Source: Desulfobacterales bacterium (lineage in GTDB: Bacteria > Desulfobacterota > Desulfobacteria > Desulfobacterales > UBA5852). From it: a stretch of 64,000 bases of DNA. Position 1 is the first letter of the stretch. Each line of letters begins with the position of its first letter. The stretch spans positions 160,001 to 224,000 of the forward strand of contig CAXXVS010000001.1 in the NCBI GenBank assembly GCA_963674755.2, read 5' to 3'. A program made the position numbers and the translations under genes. Of the stretch, positions 12,438-21,751 are shown piece by piece. Under the pieces are notes generated by a model. That model saw only the letters and a program-made list of their open reading frames with translations, did not search any database and was not told where the DNA came from.

Positions 12438-13061
12438 TTGGCGCGCAAAGCCGATCCCAACCGCCGAAAAGCCATCCTGGACGCCGCGGCCCGCGTTTTC
12501 GCCCAAAAAGGGTATGCCGCGGCCCGCATCATCGAAGTGGCCCAGGCCGCCGCGGTGGGCAAGGGCACCATCTATGCCTACTACCGCAGCAAGGAGGAAT
12601 TGTTCTTTGCGGTTTTCGAAAGCATGATGCTGGAGGCGGGAGAAACCATTGCCGCGGCGGCCGGGCAGTTGGAGGGTTCCTTTGCCGAGCGCATGCGAAC
12701 GCTCTCGGATGGCATCATCCGGTCCTGGCTCGGGCAGCTCGACATGTATGCTCTGGTCATGGAGTTCTGGTCGGCCACGGCCTCTTCTCCCAGCCGGGAG
12801 CAGTTCAAGACGGTTTTCCAAAAAGGTTATCGTCACTTGCGCACCGTGGTGGGCACTTTGATCACGGATGCCAAGGCCAGCGGCGACGTGGCGGCCCATT
12901 GCGATGCCGGCCGGATCGCCTCCGCCCTGGTGGGCACCTGGGATGCGCTCCTGCTGCAAGCCTGGCTGGACCCGGCCTTCGACGCCCTGACGACCTCGCG
13001 GGCCTTCATGGAGGTGATCTTGCAGGGGCTGCGTCCCGTGTCGAAAGCTAGTTCGTCATAA
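12438..13061 (+). CDS. TetR/AcrR family transcriptional regulator
   Basis: HTH ILDAAARVFAQKGY...VGKGTIYAYYRSKEELF; TTG start chosen because GGAGG lies 7 nt upstream. Confidence 0.9.
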   Translation: MARKADPNRRKAILDAAARVFAQKGYAAARIIEVAQAAAVGKGTIYAYYRSKEELFFAVFESMMLEAGETIAAAAGQLEGSFAERMRTLSDGIIRSWLGQLDMYALVMEFWSATASSPSREQFKTVFQKGYRHLRTVVGTLITDAKASGDVAAHCDAGRIASALVGTWDALLLQAWLDPAFDALTTSRAFMEVILQGLRPVSKASSS

Positions 13062-13158
13062 AATGTCTGCAAGCTACATTAGGTTTGATATTACAGTGTC
13101 AGCTTTGGCGGAAATCCTTAAATGCACGGGTGAAATGTAATTCCGATATGAAATAATA

Positions 13159-13360
13159 GTTCATTTTCTTCCTCGTGGAAGAAAACGAACCAAAAGAAGA
13201 CGCCCGTGTCCCGCGGCCCCTGCGGGGCTATCCTGCGCGTCGTCGACACGGCCGGAGGGCGCGGAAACTCGCCCCGCCTTCGCTAAAGCTATGGCGGGAC
13301 TCAGACAGTCCGCACCCTTTTGCCCGGCCGCATCGCCGATGCTCGGCGCGGGACAAAGGG
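13159..13360. repeat. Structured intergenic repeat, family A copy 2
   Basis: Same architecture as 5208-5405 with compensatory changes; shared core GAAACTCGCCCCGCCTTCGCT...GGCGGGACTCAGACAGTC. Confidence 0.8.
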
Positions 13361-13459
13361 GATCACTTCAAAACCATCAGGGCTTAATAAAGGCCCCTTT
13401 CCGGGTGCTGCCCAACTTCTTCCGGGAGACATTCCATTCGCCGGGAAAGAGAGTCGCCA

Positions 13460-14221
13460 ATGAGAATGCACGTCATCCTGACAGTCCTGAGCCTGATGCT
13501 GGCAACGCTGCCGCCGGCCTTCGCCGATACCCCGGATGCGGCCGCTATTATCGAGGCCAGTTTCAACCACTACCGGGGCAAGGCTTCGGTCTCCGATGTG
13601 GAAATGGTCATCCACCGCCCGAGCTGGGAGCGCACCATGCGCATGGACGCCTGGACCAAGGGCACGGACAAGAGCCTGATCCGCATTACGGCCCCGCCCA
13701 AGGACGAGGGCAACGGCACCTTGAAAAAGGGGTCCGAGATGTGGACCTACAATCCCAAGGTCAACCGGGTGATCAAACTGCCGCCGGCCCTGATGTCCCA
13801 ATCCTGGATGGGGTCGGACTTCTCCAACAACGATTTGGCCAAGAGCGACACCATCCTGAACGACTACATCCACACCCTGTTGCGCACCGAAACCCGGGAG
13901 GGCCACACCGTCTACGTGATCAAGTCCATGCCCAAACCGGCCGCACCGGTGGTCTGGGGCATGCAGATCCTCGAGATCCGCGATGACGACATCTTGCTTT
14001 CCGAGGAGTTCTTCGACGAGGATCTGGTGTCGGTCAAGAAAATGACCACCCGGGAAATCCAGATGATGGGCGGTCGCCTGTTCCCCAAGGTCTGGCAGAT
14101 GCAGGAAACGGACAAACAGGATCAGTACACCCTCCTGCGCTATCACGCCCTCGAGTTCAAGGACGATCTCCCGGAGCGCCTGTTCACCCTCAACGCCCTG
14201 AAGACCCAGCAACGGAGATAA
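13460..14221 (+). CDS. Outer-membrane lipoprotein-sorting protein (LolA-like family)
   Basis: Signal peptide; MWTYNPKVNRVIKLPP, MSQSWMGSDFSNNDL. Confidence 0.85.
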   Translation: MRMHVILTVLSLMLATLPPAFADTPDAAAIIEASFNHYRGKASVSDVEMVIHRPSWERTMRMDAWTKGTDKSLIRITAPPKDEGNGTLKKGSEMWTYNPKVNRVIKLPPALMSQSWMGSDFSNNDLAKSDTILNDYIHTLLRTETREGHTVYVIKSMPKPAAPVVWGMQILEIRDDDILLSEEFFDEDLVSVKKMTTREIQMMGGRLFPKVWQMQETDKQDQYTLLRYHALEFKDDLPERLFTLNALKTQQRR

Positions 14222-14225
14222 GACC

Positions 14226-15473
14226 GTGTCCATCGATATCAAGATGGCCTGGCGCAATATCTGGCGCAATCCCCGCCGGACCCTCCTTACGATCCTGGCC
14301 GTGGCCTTTGCCTGCGTGCTGCTGGTCTTCATGCTCTCCTTCCAGTTCGGCAGCTACGCCACCATGATCAACGCCTCGGTCAAGATTCATACCGGCCAGC
14401 TGCAGGTGCAGGCCCAGGGCTACCAGGACAATCACGACATGCGCCTGGTGATCGCCGACCCGCAACCCGTGGAAAAGGTCCTGGACGGGATTCCCGCCGT
14501 GCAGGCTTACGCACCGCGTGCCCGGGCTTTTGCCCTGGTCTCATCCCAGGCGCGCACCTACGGCGTGCTGGTGGAGGGGGTGGACCCGGCGGCCGAGGCC
14601 CGCGTATCCACTTTGAAGGAGATTGTCCGCCAGGGAAGCTATCTGGACAACGCTCATCCGGACATGGGACGACCCGATGCCCTGATCGGCCATTTGCTGG
14701 CACGCAACCTGAAGGTCGCCCCCGGCGACGAGCTTACCGTGCTGGGCCAGGGCTTCGACGGCTCCATCGCCGCCACGGTGGTGCGCGTCCGGGGGATTTA
14801 CAATTCGGGCCTGGACGATTTCGACCGCAGCGCTATCCAGATTCCCCTGGCCGCCTTCCAGGACATTTTTTCCATGGGGAAGGCGGTTCACGAGGTCGTG
14901 GTCATGGGACGCCATTTATCGGATGCGCCGGCCATCAAAGCCGCCCTGGCGGGCCCCCTGGGCCGCCTGAACGCCGACCCGCCGCTGGTGGTGCTGGACT
15001 GGGAAGAACTCATGCCGGGTCTGCGCCAGGCCATCAACATGGATCTCGTGAGCGGATCGGTGTTTTACCTCATTCTCGTGATGGTGGTGGCCTTCAGCAT
15101 TTTGAACACCTTCCTGATGGCCATCCTGGAGCGTACATACGAGTTCGGTATCCTGATGGCCATGGGCACCAAACCCGGACGGCTGACCCGGCTCGTGCTC
15201 ACCGAATCGGCCGGCATGACCTTGGTGGGGGTGGCCACGGGCATGCTGCTGGGGTGCCTGGTGACCTGGTATTTCATGCGGCACGGCATCCAATTGGGTG
15301 CATCGGAAGTCTCCCGCCAGTTCGGTCTGCCGGATACACTTTACCCGCAGCTCAGCCTGCTTTCGGCCACGGCCGGGCCGCTGGTGGTGCTGATCGTGAC
15401 CCTGCTGGCCGCGCTCTATCCGGCCCTTAAACTGCGCCGGCTGCAGCCGGTGGAGGCCATGCGGCAACGCTAG
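14226..15473 (+). CDS. ABC transporter permease (LolE/FtsX/MacB-like)
   Basis: MAWRNIWRNPRRT, ILNTFLMAILERTYEFGILMAMG, four TM segments. Confidence 0.9.
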   Translation: MSIDIKMAWRNIWRNPRRTLLTILAVAFACVLLVFMLSFQFGSYATMINASVKIHTGQLQVQAQGYQDNHDMRLVIADPQPVEKVLDGIPAVQAYAPRARAFALVSSQARTYGVLVEGVDPAAEARVSTLKEIVRQGSYLDNAHPDMGRPDALIGHLLARNLKVAPGDELTVLGQGFDGSIAATVVRVRGIYNSGLDDFDRSAIQIPLAAFQDIFSMGKAVHEVVVMGRHLSDAPAIKAALAGPLGRLNADPPLVVLDWEELMPGLRQAINMDLVSGSVFYLILVMVVAFSILNTFLMAILERTYEFGILMAMGTKPGRLTRLVLTESAGMTLVGVATGMLLGCLVTWYFMRHGIQLGASEVSRQFGLPDTLYPQLSLLSATAGPLVVLIVTLLAALYPALKLRRLQPVEAMRQR

Positions 15474-15664
15474 CAGACCGTGGATAAACGGCGCTTCAGG
15501 CCGAAATGCGGTGTTGTCCCGCGCTGCGGGAGTTCTCATCTGATTCTATGGGCTAAGGTGAGTCCCGCCCTCGCGAAACCGCCGCGGCAACCCTGATGGT
15601 TGCTGCGCATTTCGCATCGGACGGCGCCTTGCCTTTCGACCTGTTGGTTTTCAACAGCCTGCTA
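15471..15664. mobile_element. Putative MITE-like palindromic element between the two permeases
   Basis: Imperfect terminal IR TAGCAGACCGTGGATAAA / TTTTCAACAGCCTGCTA and inner IR CGAAATGCG/CGCATTTCG; begins at the TAG stop. Confidence 0.5.
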
Positions 15665-15700
15665 AACGCCGCAACCCGACGAAGGAGCGACAGAGGCAAT

Positions 15701-16930
15701 ATGGTGATGGATATCATGATGGCCTGGCGCAATATCTGGCGCAATCCCCGCCGGACCGCGGTGATCCTGACGGCCGTGGTCATCGGCGTGTGGAGTATGA
15801 TCTTCCTGGGGGCCCTCATGCGCGGGACCCTGGCGGGCATGATCAAAAACGGCATCGATACCCTCACCGGGCATATTCAGATCCACCAGCGCGGCTACCC
15901 GGACGATCCCTCCATCGACTACAATATTGACGACCCGGCGGCTATCGAGCGCGTCCTGGCCGATACCCTGCCTCCCGGCAGCCGATGGTGCCAGCGGGTG
16001 CGGGTGAACGCGGTGGCCAGCAATGCCCGCCACAACAGCGGCGTCACCATGGTGGGCATCGATCCGGCCGCCGAAGCCAAAATGTCCTTTATCGGCGGGG
16101 CCGTTCACCAGGGGCGCTACCTGAAGGCCGACGATGCCCACGGCATCCTGGTGGGGGCTGCCCTGGCGAAGCAGTTCGAAACCCGGCTGGGACACAAACT
16201 GATCCTGATGAGCGAGGATACGACCGGCCAGGTGGCTTCCCGGGCCTTTCGCATCGTGGGCATTTTCCGGGCCGAGATGGCGTCCACGGAGAAAGCCTAT
16301 GTGTTCGTCACCCGGCAGGCGGCCCAGGAGATGCTGCAAATGGGGCCGGCCGTATCGGAGATCGCCGTCATGCTGCCGAAAAACGATATGGCCGCACCGA
16401 TGGCCCATAAGCTCGCCGCCCGGCTGGCCGGACAGGATCTGGACGTGAGGCCCTGGCAGGAGGCGTTGCCCCTGCTGCAAGCCTATCTCCAGATGTACAA
16501 CAGTTTCATCCTGATCTGGTTCGTGGTCGTGTTCGTGGCCATGGGCTTCGGCATCCTCAACACCACCCTGATGGCGGTTTTCGAGCGGATGCGCGAGTTC
16601 GGCCTGCTCAAGGCGCTGGGCATGCGGCCCGGCCGCATCGTCAAAGGCATCCTGACGGAGGGCTTCTTCATCCTGGTCTGCGGACAACTGTTGGGCAACC
16701 TGCTGGGGCTGGCCAGCTGCTGGGCTTTGTCCTTCCACGGCCTGGACCTGTCCGGCCTGGCCCAGGGGGCCGAGTATGCCGGCCTCTCACGGGTGATCTA
16801 TCCGGACATCTGGCTCAAGGATGTGGTCAGCGCCAATCTGGTGGTGCTGCTGCTGGGGCTGGTGGTGTGCCTCTATCCGGCCGTCAAGGCGGCGCGGTTT
16901 ACGCCGGTGGAAGCGATGGCCCACAATTAG
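15701..16930 (+). CDS. ABC transporter permease (LolE/FtsX/MacB-like), paralogue
   Basis: MAWRNIWRNPRRT, ILNTTLMAVFERMREFGLLKALG; start set at ATG 15701 downstream of GAGG. Confidence 0.9.
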   Translation: MVMDIMMAWRNIWRNPRRTAVILTAVVIGVWSMIFLGALMRGTLAGMIKNGIDTLTGHIQIHQRGYPDDPSIDYNIDDPAAIERVLADTLPPGSRWCQRVRVNAVASNARHNSGVTMVGIDPAAEAKMSFIGGAVHQGRYLKADDAHGILVGAALAKQFETRLGHKLILMSEDTTGQVASRAFRIVGIFRAEMASTEKAYVFVTRQAAQEMLQMGPAVSEIAVMLPKNDMAAPMAHKLAARLAGQDLDVRPWQEALPLLQAYLQMYNSFILIWFVVVFVAMGFGILNTTLMAVFERMREFGLLKALGMRPGRIVKGILTEGFFILVCGQLLGNLLGLASCWALSFHGLDLSGLAQGAEYAGLSRVIYPDIWLKDVVSANLVVLLLGLVVCLYPAVKAARFTPVEAMAHN

Positions 16931-17119
16931 AAGCCAGCTCAAAAAAGTCTTTTGGCCCCATATCGGCGTTGGGCGCTCGCCTTGAGTCCTCGAAATACCG
17001 ATGTATTCCTGCGGCTCACACCCACCGCAAGGAATACATCAGACGGGAAGTCCCGCATAGCGGGAACACTCGCGTCCGCCTTGATCTGGAACCAAAATCC
17101 AGATTTTGAGCTGGCTTCT
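16929..17119. repeat. Long-hairpin intergenic repeat, family B copy 3
   Basis: Perfect 16-bp terminal IR AGAAGCCAGCTCAAAA/TTTTGAGCTGGCTTCT; shared blocks CGGCGTT, TCCTCG, CCTGCGG, GCCTTG, GGAACCAAAATC. Confidence 0.7.
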
Positions 17120-17124
17120 GGTGA

Positions 17125-17253
17125 CCCGTGCAGGAGCAGCATCTTTTGCCCCAAGCCGGCGTTCTCCACGGGTTTAGCGGCTGCGGCGTACTAGACGCCT
17201 TACCGCAATTGGGCGGCCTTGGCTTGGAACAAAATCTACTACTCCTGCACGGG
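17125..17253. repeat. Long-hairpin intergenic repeat, family B copy 4 (tandem with copy 3)
   Basis: 12-bp terminal IR CCCGTGCAGGAG/CTCCTGCACGGG; GCATCTTTTGCCCCAAGCCGGCGTT...GCGGCCTTGGCTTGGAACAAAATC. Confidence 0.7.
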
Positions 17254-17305
17254 CCACGTGATTTAGTGATGGAATCAAATAAATGATAGAAAGTGTAAGC
17301 TGACC

Positions 17306-17995
17306 ATGAACACGATCGTCGCATGCAACGGCGTTTCCAAGACCTATCGGCAGGGCAAGGTGCAGGTCCAGGCTCTGACGGATATCGACCTGACGGTGGA
17401 AAAAGGCGGGTTCATGGCCCTGGCCGGACCTTCGGGCTCGGGCAAGACCACCCTGCTCAATCTTATCGGCGGGCTGGATACGCCCGACCGCGGTCGGATC
17501 CAGGTGGACGGCAAGTCCTATGAGAACCTCAACGGCGCCGCCATGGCGGACTTGCGCCTGCATACCATCGGCTTCGTCTTCCAGGCCTACAACCTGATTC
17601 CGGTTTTATCGGCCATCGAAAACGTGGAATATGTCATGCTGCTGCAGGGCATCCCGGCCGCCGAGCGGCGGCGGCGGGCCCGGGAGATCCTCGATGTGGT
17701 GGGCCTGGCGGGCAAGCACGGCCGCCGGCCGGCCGAGCTTTCGGGCGGTCAGCAGCAGCGGGTGGCCGTGGCCCGGGCCATCGTGGCCCACCCCGCCATC
17801 GTGCTGGCCGACGAACCCACCGCCAACCTGGATTCGAAAACCGGCGAAAGCCTGCTGGAACTCATGCGGCAAATGAACCGCGAGCGGTCGGTGACCTTTA
17901 TCTTCTCCACCCATGACAAGATGGTGATGGATTACGCCCGCCGCCTGGTGCTGCTGCGGGACGGGCGCATTACCGATGACCATGCCAAAGACTGA
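17306..17995 (+). CDS. ABC transporter ATP-binding protein (LolD-like)
   Basis: Walker A GPSGSGKT, LSGGQQQRVA, LADEPTANLD, FSTHD. Confidence 0.95.
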   Translation: MNTIVACNGVSKTYRQGKVQVQALTDIDLTVEKGGFMALAGPSGSGKTTLLNLIGGLDTPDRGRIQVDGKSYENLNGAAMADLRLHTIGFVFQAYNLIPVLSAIENVEYVMLLQGIPAAERRRRAREILDVVGLAGKHGRRPAELSGGQQQRVAVARAIVAHPAIVLADEPTANLDSKTGESLLELMRQMNRERSVTFIFSTHDKMVMDYARRLVLLRDGRITDDHAKD

Positions 17996-19355
17996 CCCTT
18001 CACAAGCAGCTCTCAGGCGTCCATGCCGGATTCGGGACCGGACGGTTTACCTGATGCTATGCTTCCTGGTGGGGCTTCTTTTCTGTCGCGCAGTAGTCGG
18101 AGCCGAACCGGACAAGGGCCTGTTCGCCAATCTGGACATGGAATGGGGCGGCTACCTGCGGGCCATCGGCAACGTCAGCTGGCTGGAGGACGATACGATT
18201 TATCAGGTTGTGGGCCATGATCCCTATTACGACGGCCAGTTGGAATGGCGGCTGAAAAACACCCTGAACATGGGCACGCGCTGGTCGCTGGAAACCCACT
18301 ACGAGCTGGTGGCCCTGGGGGGCGATTTTTACGAAGACACCCGCAAGCTGGCCCAGACCCTGCCTTCCGCCGTCTCGGACCTGCTGGTTCCGGCCCAGGT
18401 CATCGAGGACGACTACCGCTTTTTCGATCTGAGCCGGGTGCTCACCGAAAAGGACCGCTACCTGGTCTACAACCGGCTGGACCGCCTCAACCTGACCTAT
18501 AACGCCGATTGGGGCACGGTGCGCCTGGGTCGCCAGGCCCTGACCTGGGGCAACGGCCTGATTTTCAATCCCATGGATCTCTTCGACCCCTTTGCGCCCA
18601 CCGCGGTGCAGCGCGATTACAAGATAGGCGAGGACATGGCCTTTGTGCAGGTTGCCATGGGCCAGGACGGACTGCAGGCGCTCTATATCCCCCGGCGCGA
18701 TCCTCAAACCGGCAACCTGGATGACGCGAATTCCGCATACGCCGCCAAATACCACCTGGTGCTGAGCGAACTGGAAATGGATGTCATGGCCGCCCGCAAC
18801 TTCGACGATCCGGTGGCCGGTCTGGGGGCCAGCGGCTATTGGGGCGGGGCCGCCTGGCGGATCGATGCCCTCTACACCCACCTGACAGGCGACGACAGCC
18901 GTAGCGGTTTCTTCCAGGTGGTGGCCAACATGGACTACGCCTGGATGTGGGGCGGGAAGAATGTCTACGGCCTGGTGGAGTTCTACTACAACGGACTGGG
19001 TCGCACCGGCGACTATGCCAAGGCCCTGACCGAGCAGGCCCTCGTGGAGCGGCTGTCACGGGGTGAGATGTTCACCCTGGGCCGCTACTACCTGGCCGGC
19101 CAGCTGCAGGTGGAGCTGCACCCCCTGGTGCAGTCGCAGACCACGGCCATCGTCAACCTTTCCGACCCCTCGGGCCTGCTGCAGCCCCAGTTCACCTGGA
19201 GCGTGACGGAAAACGTGCAGGCCATTTTGGGCGCCCAGTGGCACTGGGGCAGGCGCGGGAGCGAATTCGGCGGTTATCCGGTGACGGCGGACGGCCTCGA
19301 CATCACGGCGGCGCCCGCGGATCGGGTCTATCTCTGGCTCACCTACTACTATTAG
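17976..19355 (+). CDS. Putative outer-membrane beta-barrel protein
   Basis: Signal-like segment, LGRQALTWGNG, alternating beta-strand pattern, aromatic C-terminus (LTYYY); start uncertain. Confidence 0.7.
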   Translation: MTMPKTDPSQAALRRPCRIRDRTVYLMLCFLVGLLFCRAVVGAEPDKGLFANLDMEWGGYLRAIGNVSWLEDDTIYQVVGHDPYYDGQLEWRLKNTLNMGTRWSLETHYELVALGGDFYEDTRKLAQTLPSAVSDLLVPAQVIEDDYRFFDLSRVLTEKDRYLVYNRLDRLNLTYNADWGTVRLGRQALTWGNGLIFNPMDLFDPFAPTAVQRDYKIGEDMAFVQVAMGQDGLQALYIPRRDPQTGNLDDANSAYAAKYHLVLSELEMDVMAARNFDDPVAGLGASGYWGGAAWRIDALYTHLTGDDSRSGFFQVVANMDYAWMWGGKNVYGLVEFYYNGLGRTGDYAKALTEQALVERLSRGEMFTLGRYYLAGQLQVELHPLVQSQTTAIVNLSDPSGLLQPQFTWSVTENVQAILGAQWHWGRRGSEFGGYPVTADGLDITAAPADRVYLWLTYYY

Positions 19356-19429
19356 CGTCCAAATCCAAATCGGGATCGCATGCAACCGCTGCTGAATGAC
19401 ACCTATTTGGCAGCCGACGGGAAATCATC

Positions 19430-20437
19430 ATGAAACGCGCCATCATCATAAGTACCGGAAGATATCTTCCCGACAACCGCGTCACCAACGACGACCTGAC
19501 CAAACTGATGGACACCACCGACGAGTGGATCCGGCAGCGCACAGGGATCGAGGCCCGCTACTGGGTGAGGGAGGGCGACGATGTGGGCACGTCGGACCTG
19601 GCCCTGGGCGCCTCCCGGATTGCCTTGGAGCGTGCCGGCTGGCAGGCCGACGAGCTGGATTTGATCGTCATGGCCACCATGACCTCGGATACCTATATCC
19701 CGGGGGCCGGCACTCTCCTTCAGCACAAGCTGGGCGGTGGCTATATTCCGGCCCTGGACATCCGCCAGCAGTGCACCGGCTTTCTGCACGGCCTGGAAGT
19801 GTGCGATGCGTATATCCGCAGCGGCCTTGCCGGCAGAATCCTGCTGGTGGGGGCCGACTACCAGAGCCGTTTCATGGAGCATACTACCGAAAATCGCGAT
19901 ACGGCCGTGATCTTTGCCGACGGCGCCGGCGCGGTCTGCATCGAGGCGGCGGAGACCGATCCGGCGGTGGGGATTCTGGGATCGGTCTTCCATGCTGACG
20001 GCCAATACGCTCATAGCCTGCGGGTGGGCATTCCGGCGCGCAAAAGCGGCCATGCCATGGACCCCGAGGTGCTGGCCAACAAGGAATACTTCCCCTACAT
20101 GGACGGCCGGACGGTCTTCAAGATGGCGGTCACCCGTCTGCCGGAGGTGGCCGAGGAGCTGTTTCAAAAAACAGGCTTGCGCCTGGCGGACATCGACCTG
20201 GTGATTCCCCACCAGGCCAATCTCCGCATCAACGAGGCCTTTCGGGACCGCATGCAGCTCCCCCCCGAGAAGATCTACAACAACATCCAGGAATACGGCA
20301 ACACCACCAGCGCTACGATCCCCATCGCCCTGGACGAGCTGATGGAAAAAGGCATGCTAAAATCCGGGGACGATGTGTTGTTTATCGGCTTGGGGGCGGG
20401 GCTGACGTGGGGCGGGGTTTTGTACCGGCTACCATAG
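19430..20437 (+). CDS. fabH: 3-oxoacyl-ACP synthase III family (FabH-like)
   Basis: DTTDEWIRQRTGI, catalytic Cys (QQCTGF), PHQANLRI, YGNTTSATIP, GAGLTWG. Confidence 0.85.
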   Translation: MKRAIIISTGRYLPDNRVTNDDLTKLMDTTDEWIRQRTGIEARYWVREGDDVGTSDLALGASRIALERAGWQADELDLIVMATMTSDTYIPGAGTLLQHKLGGGYIPALDIRQQCTGFLHGLEVCDAYIRSGLAGRILLVGADYQSRFMEHTTENRDTAVIFADGAGAVCIEAAETDPAVGILGSVFHADGQYAHSLRVGIPARKSGHAMDPEVLANKEYFPYMDGRTVFKMAVTRLPEVAEELFQKTGLRLADIDLVIPHQANLRINEAFRDRMQLPPEKIYNNIQEYGNTTSATIPIALDELMEKGMLKSGDDVLFIGLGAGLTWGGVLYRLP

Positions 20438-20444
20438 GAAGAAA

Positions 20445-20764
20445 AGGATCCAAGGGGTCGAGGGCCCGAGGGCTGAAACCACTAAAACCTTTGCGGCCCT
20501 TCCCAAAACAAAAAATCCTCATTTTTTGTGTGGGCAGCACCCCGGATCGCCAAGAGGCATTGGAATATTTCTTCCGCCTTTTAATCCAGTACCAAGCTTC
20601 AACGTTTGATCCCGCATCGAGTATTCAGCATCCAGAAGCCCGTCATGCCCGACGTGATCGGGCATCCAGCGACCTTGAACCTTTCCGCCATCCTTGAACC
20701 CGACATCACGGATTAAGGGTTTCAATTTAGTTGCCAGCATCCGGCATCCAGTATCCGGTATCAA
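20445..20764. repeat. Cluster of short tandem repeats and a REP-like hairpin
   Basis: 8-mers AGGATCCA AGGGGTCG AGGGCCCG AGGGCTGA (20445-20476); 7-mers GCATCGA GTATTCA GCATCCA (20614-20634) and GCATCCG GCATCCA GTATCCG GTATCAA (20737-20764); hairpin ATGCCCGA-CGTGA-TCGGGCAT (20645-20665). Confidence 0.6.
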
Positions 20765-21040
20765 GCCACTACCACAGCGGGGCGAACATCTTACGTTTCA
20801 TCCCCCAAGTCCTTGTCATCGTGTCGTTTTTCTGGTAAGCGTTTTGGGAATCATCCTCTTGCCGGCTCTCTCCCAAACTCCGCGCAAAGCGGCGCCCAAC
20901 ATGATGCATCGATGCGGTCGCCCTATCGTTATGGCGGCCTGCAAATCCATAGCAAGTTTGCACGAAAAATAGGGCATCCTCCACAGGGAATTGTGCCAAT
21001 GGCCGGTTCAAAATGCCATAACCCATTGGATTTACGGTCC

Positions 21041-21499
21041 GTAACCGTGCTGCCGACAAGGTTAAAGCCGACGTTGCAGGCGCATCTTGAAAAGGTGCGC
21101 CGTCTTTATGATGATGATCGCCGGCGAGGCGCCAACGGCATCATGACGCCAGGGGCGCTGGAGAAGAAGTATCCGAATGCCGGCAAGGAGTGGCCCTGGT
21201 TCTGGGTTTTTCCGTTTCGAAGGGAATTGCGAGACCCGCGAAGCGGGATGTTAAGACGGCATCACATTTACCCCGGCAATTTACAAAGGGCGATAAAAGC
21301 GGCAGGGAACAGGGCCGGTATTCCAAAGCGCATAACCGTGCACACCCTGAGGCACAGTTTTGCGACCCACCTTTTGGAATCGGGCTACGACATTCGGACC
21401 ATTCAAGACTTATTGGGCCACTCGGACCTGCGTACGACAATGATCTATACGCATGTCATCAGCAAAAACAGACACGGTGTCGTGAGCCCCTTGGATTAA
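21041..21499 (+). pseudogene. intI: Integron integrase, 5'-truncated (C-terminal half only)
   Basis: IntI-specific insertion [73 protein letters not shown]; the in-frame sequence upstream of VTVLP shows no LLYGxGLR or GKGxKDR motif. Confidence 0.85.
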
Positions 21500-21625
21500 A
21501 TCTGTTTCAAGATAACACTTTATTGGAATTATCATGCAGCTTGATAATAATGATAATAAGCGCGAAAAGCTGCAATCGATGCACATAAAATTGGGCAGCA
21601 AGAATTGTAGATAATAGATAATCAA

Positions 21626-21653
21626 TTGATAGCCTTAGAATTTATGGTATCTT
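21626..21653 (+). promoter_or_regulatory. Candidate cassette promoter (Pc)
   Basis: TTGATA-16-TATCTT with TG extension, between the intI stop and attI, pointing into the array. Confidence 0.4.
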
Positions 21654-21699
21654 TGTCGAAGGTGATGAATAATTGTATCGTTTGTCTCTTAATACAATT

Positions 21700-21740
21700 A
21701 TTCGTTAAAAAACTGCAGCATGATAATATAATAGTTAGGC
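21700..21740 (+). other. attI: Candidate attI site (crossover in G/TTAGGC 21734-21740; left limit approximate)
   Basis: GTTAGGC is the exact reverse complement of GCCTAAC that opens the first attC; no attC-like hairpin upstream. Confidence 0.7.
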
Positions 21741-21751
21741 TCTTATAAGTC

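Noticed and set aside
20813..21040. N-terminal part of the 228-aa ORF as a genuine IntI N-terminus
   Set aside because: YGGLQ only loosely resembles YGxGLR, and the following residues do not align with IntI; treated as unrelated sequence.
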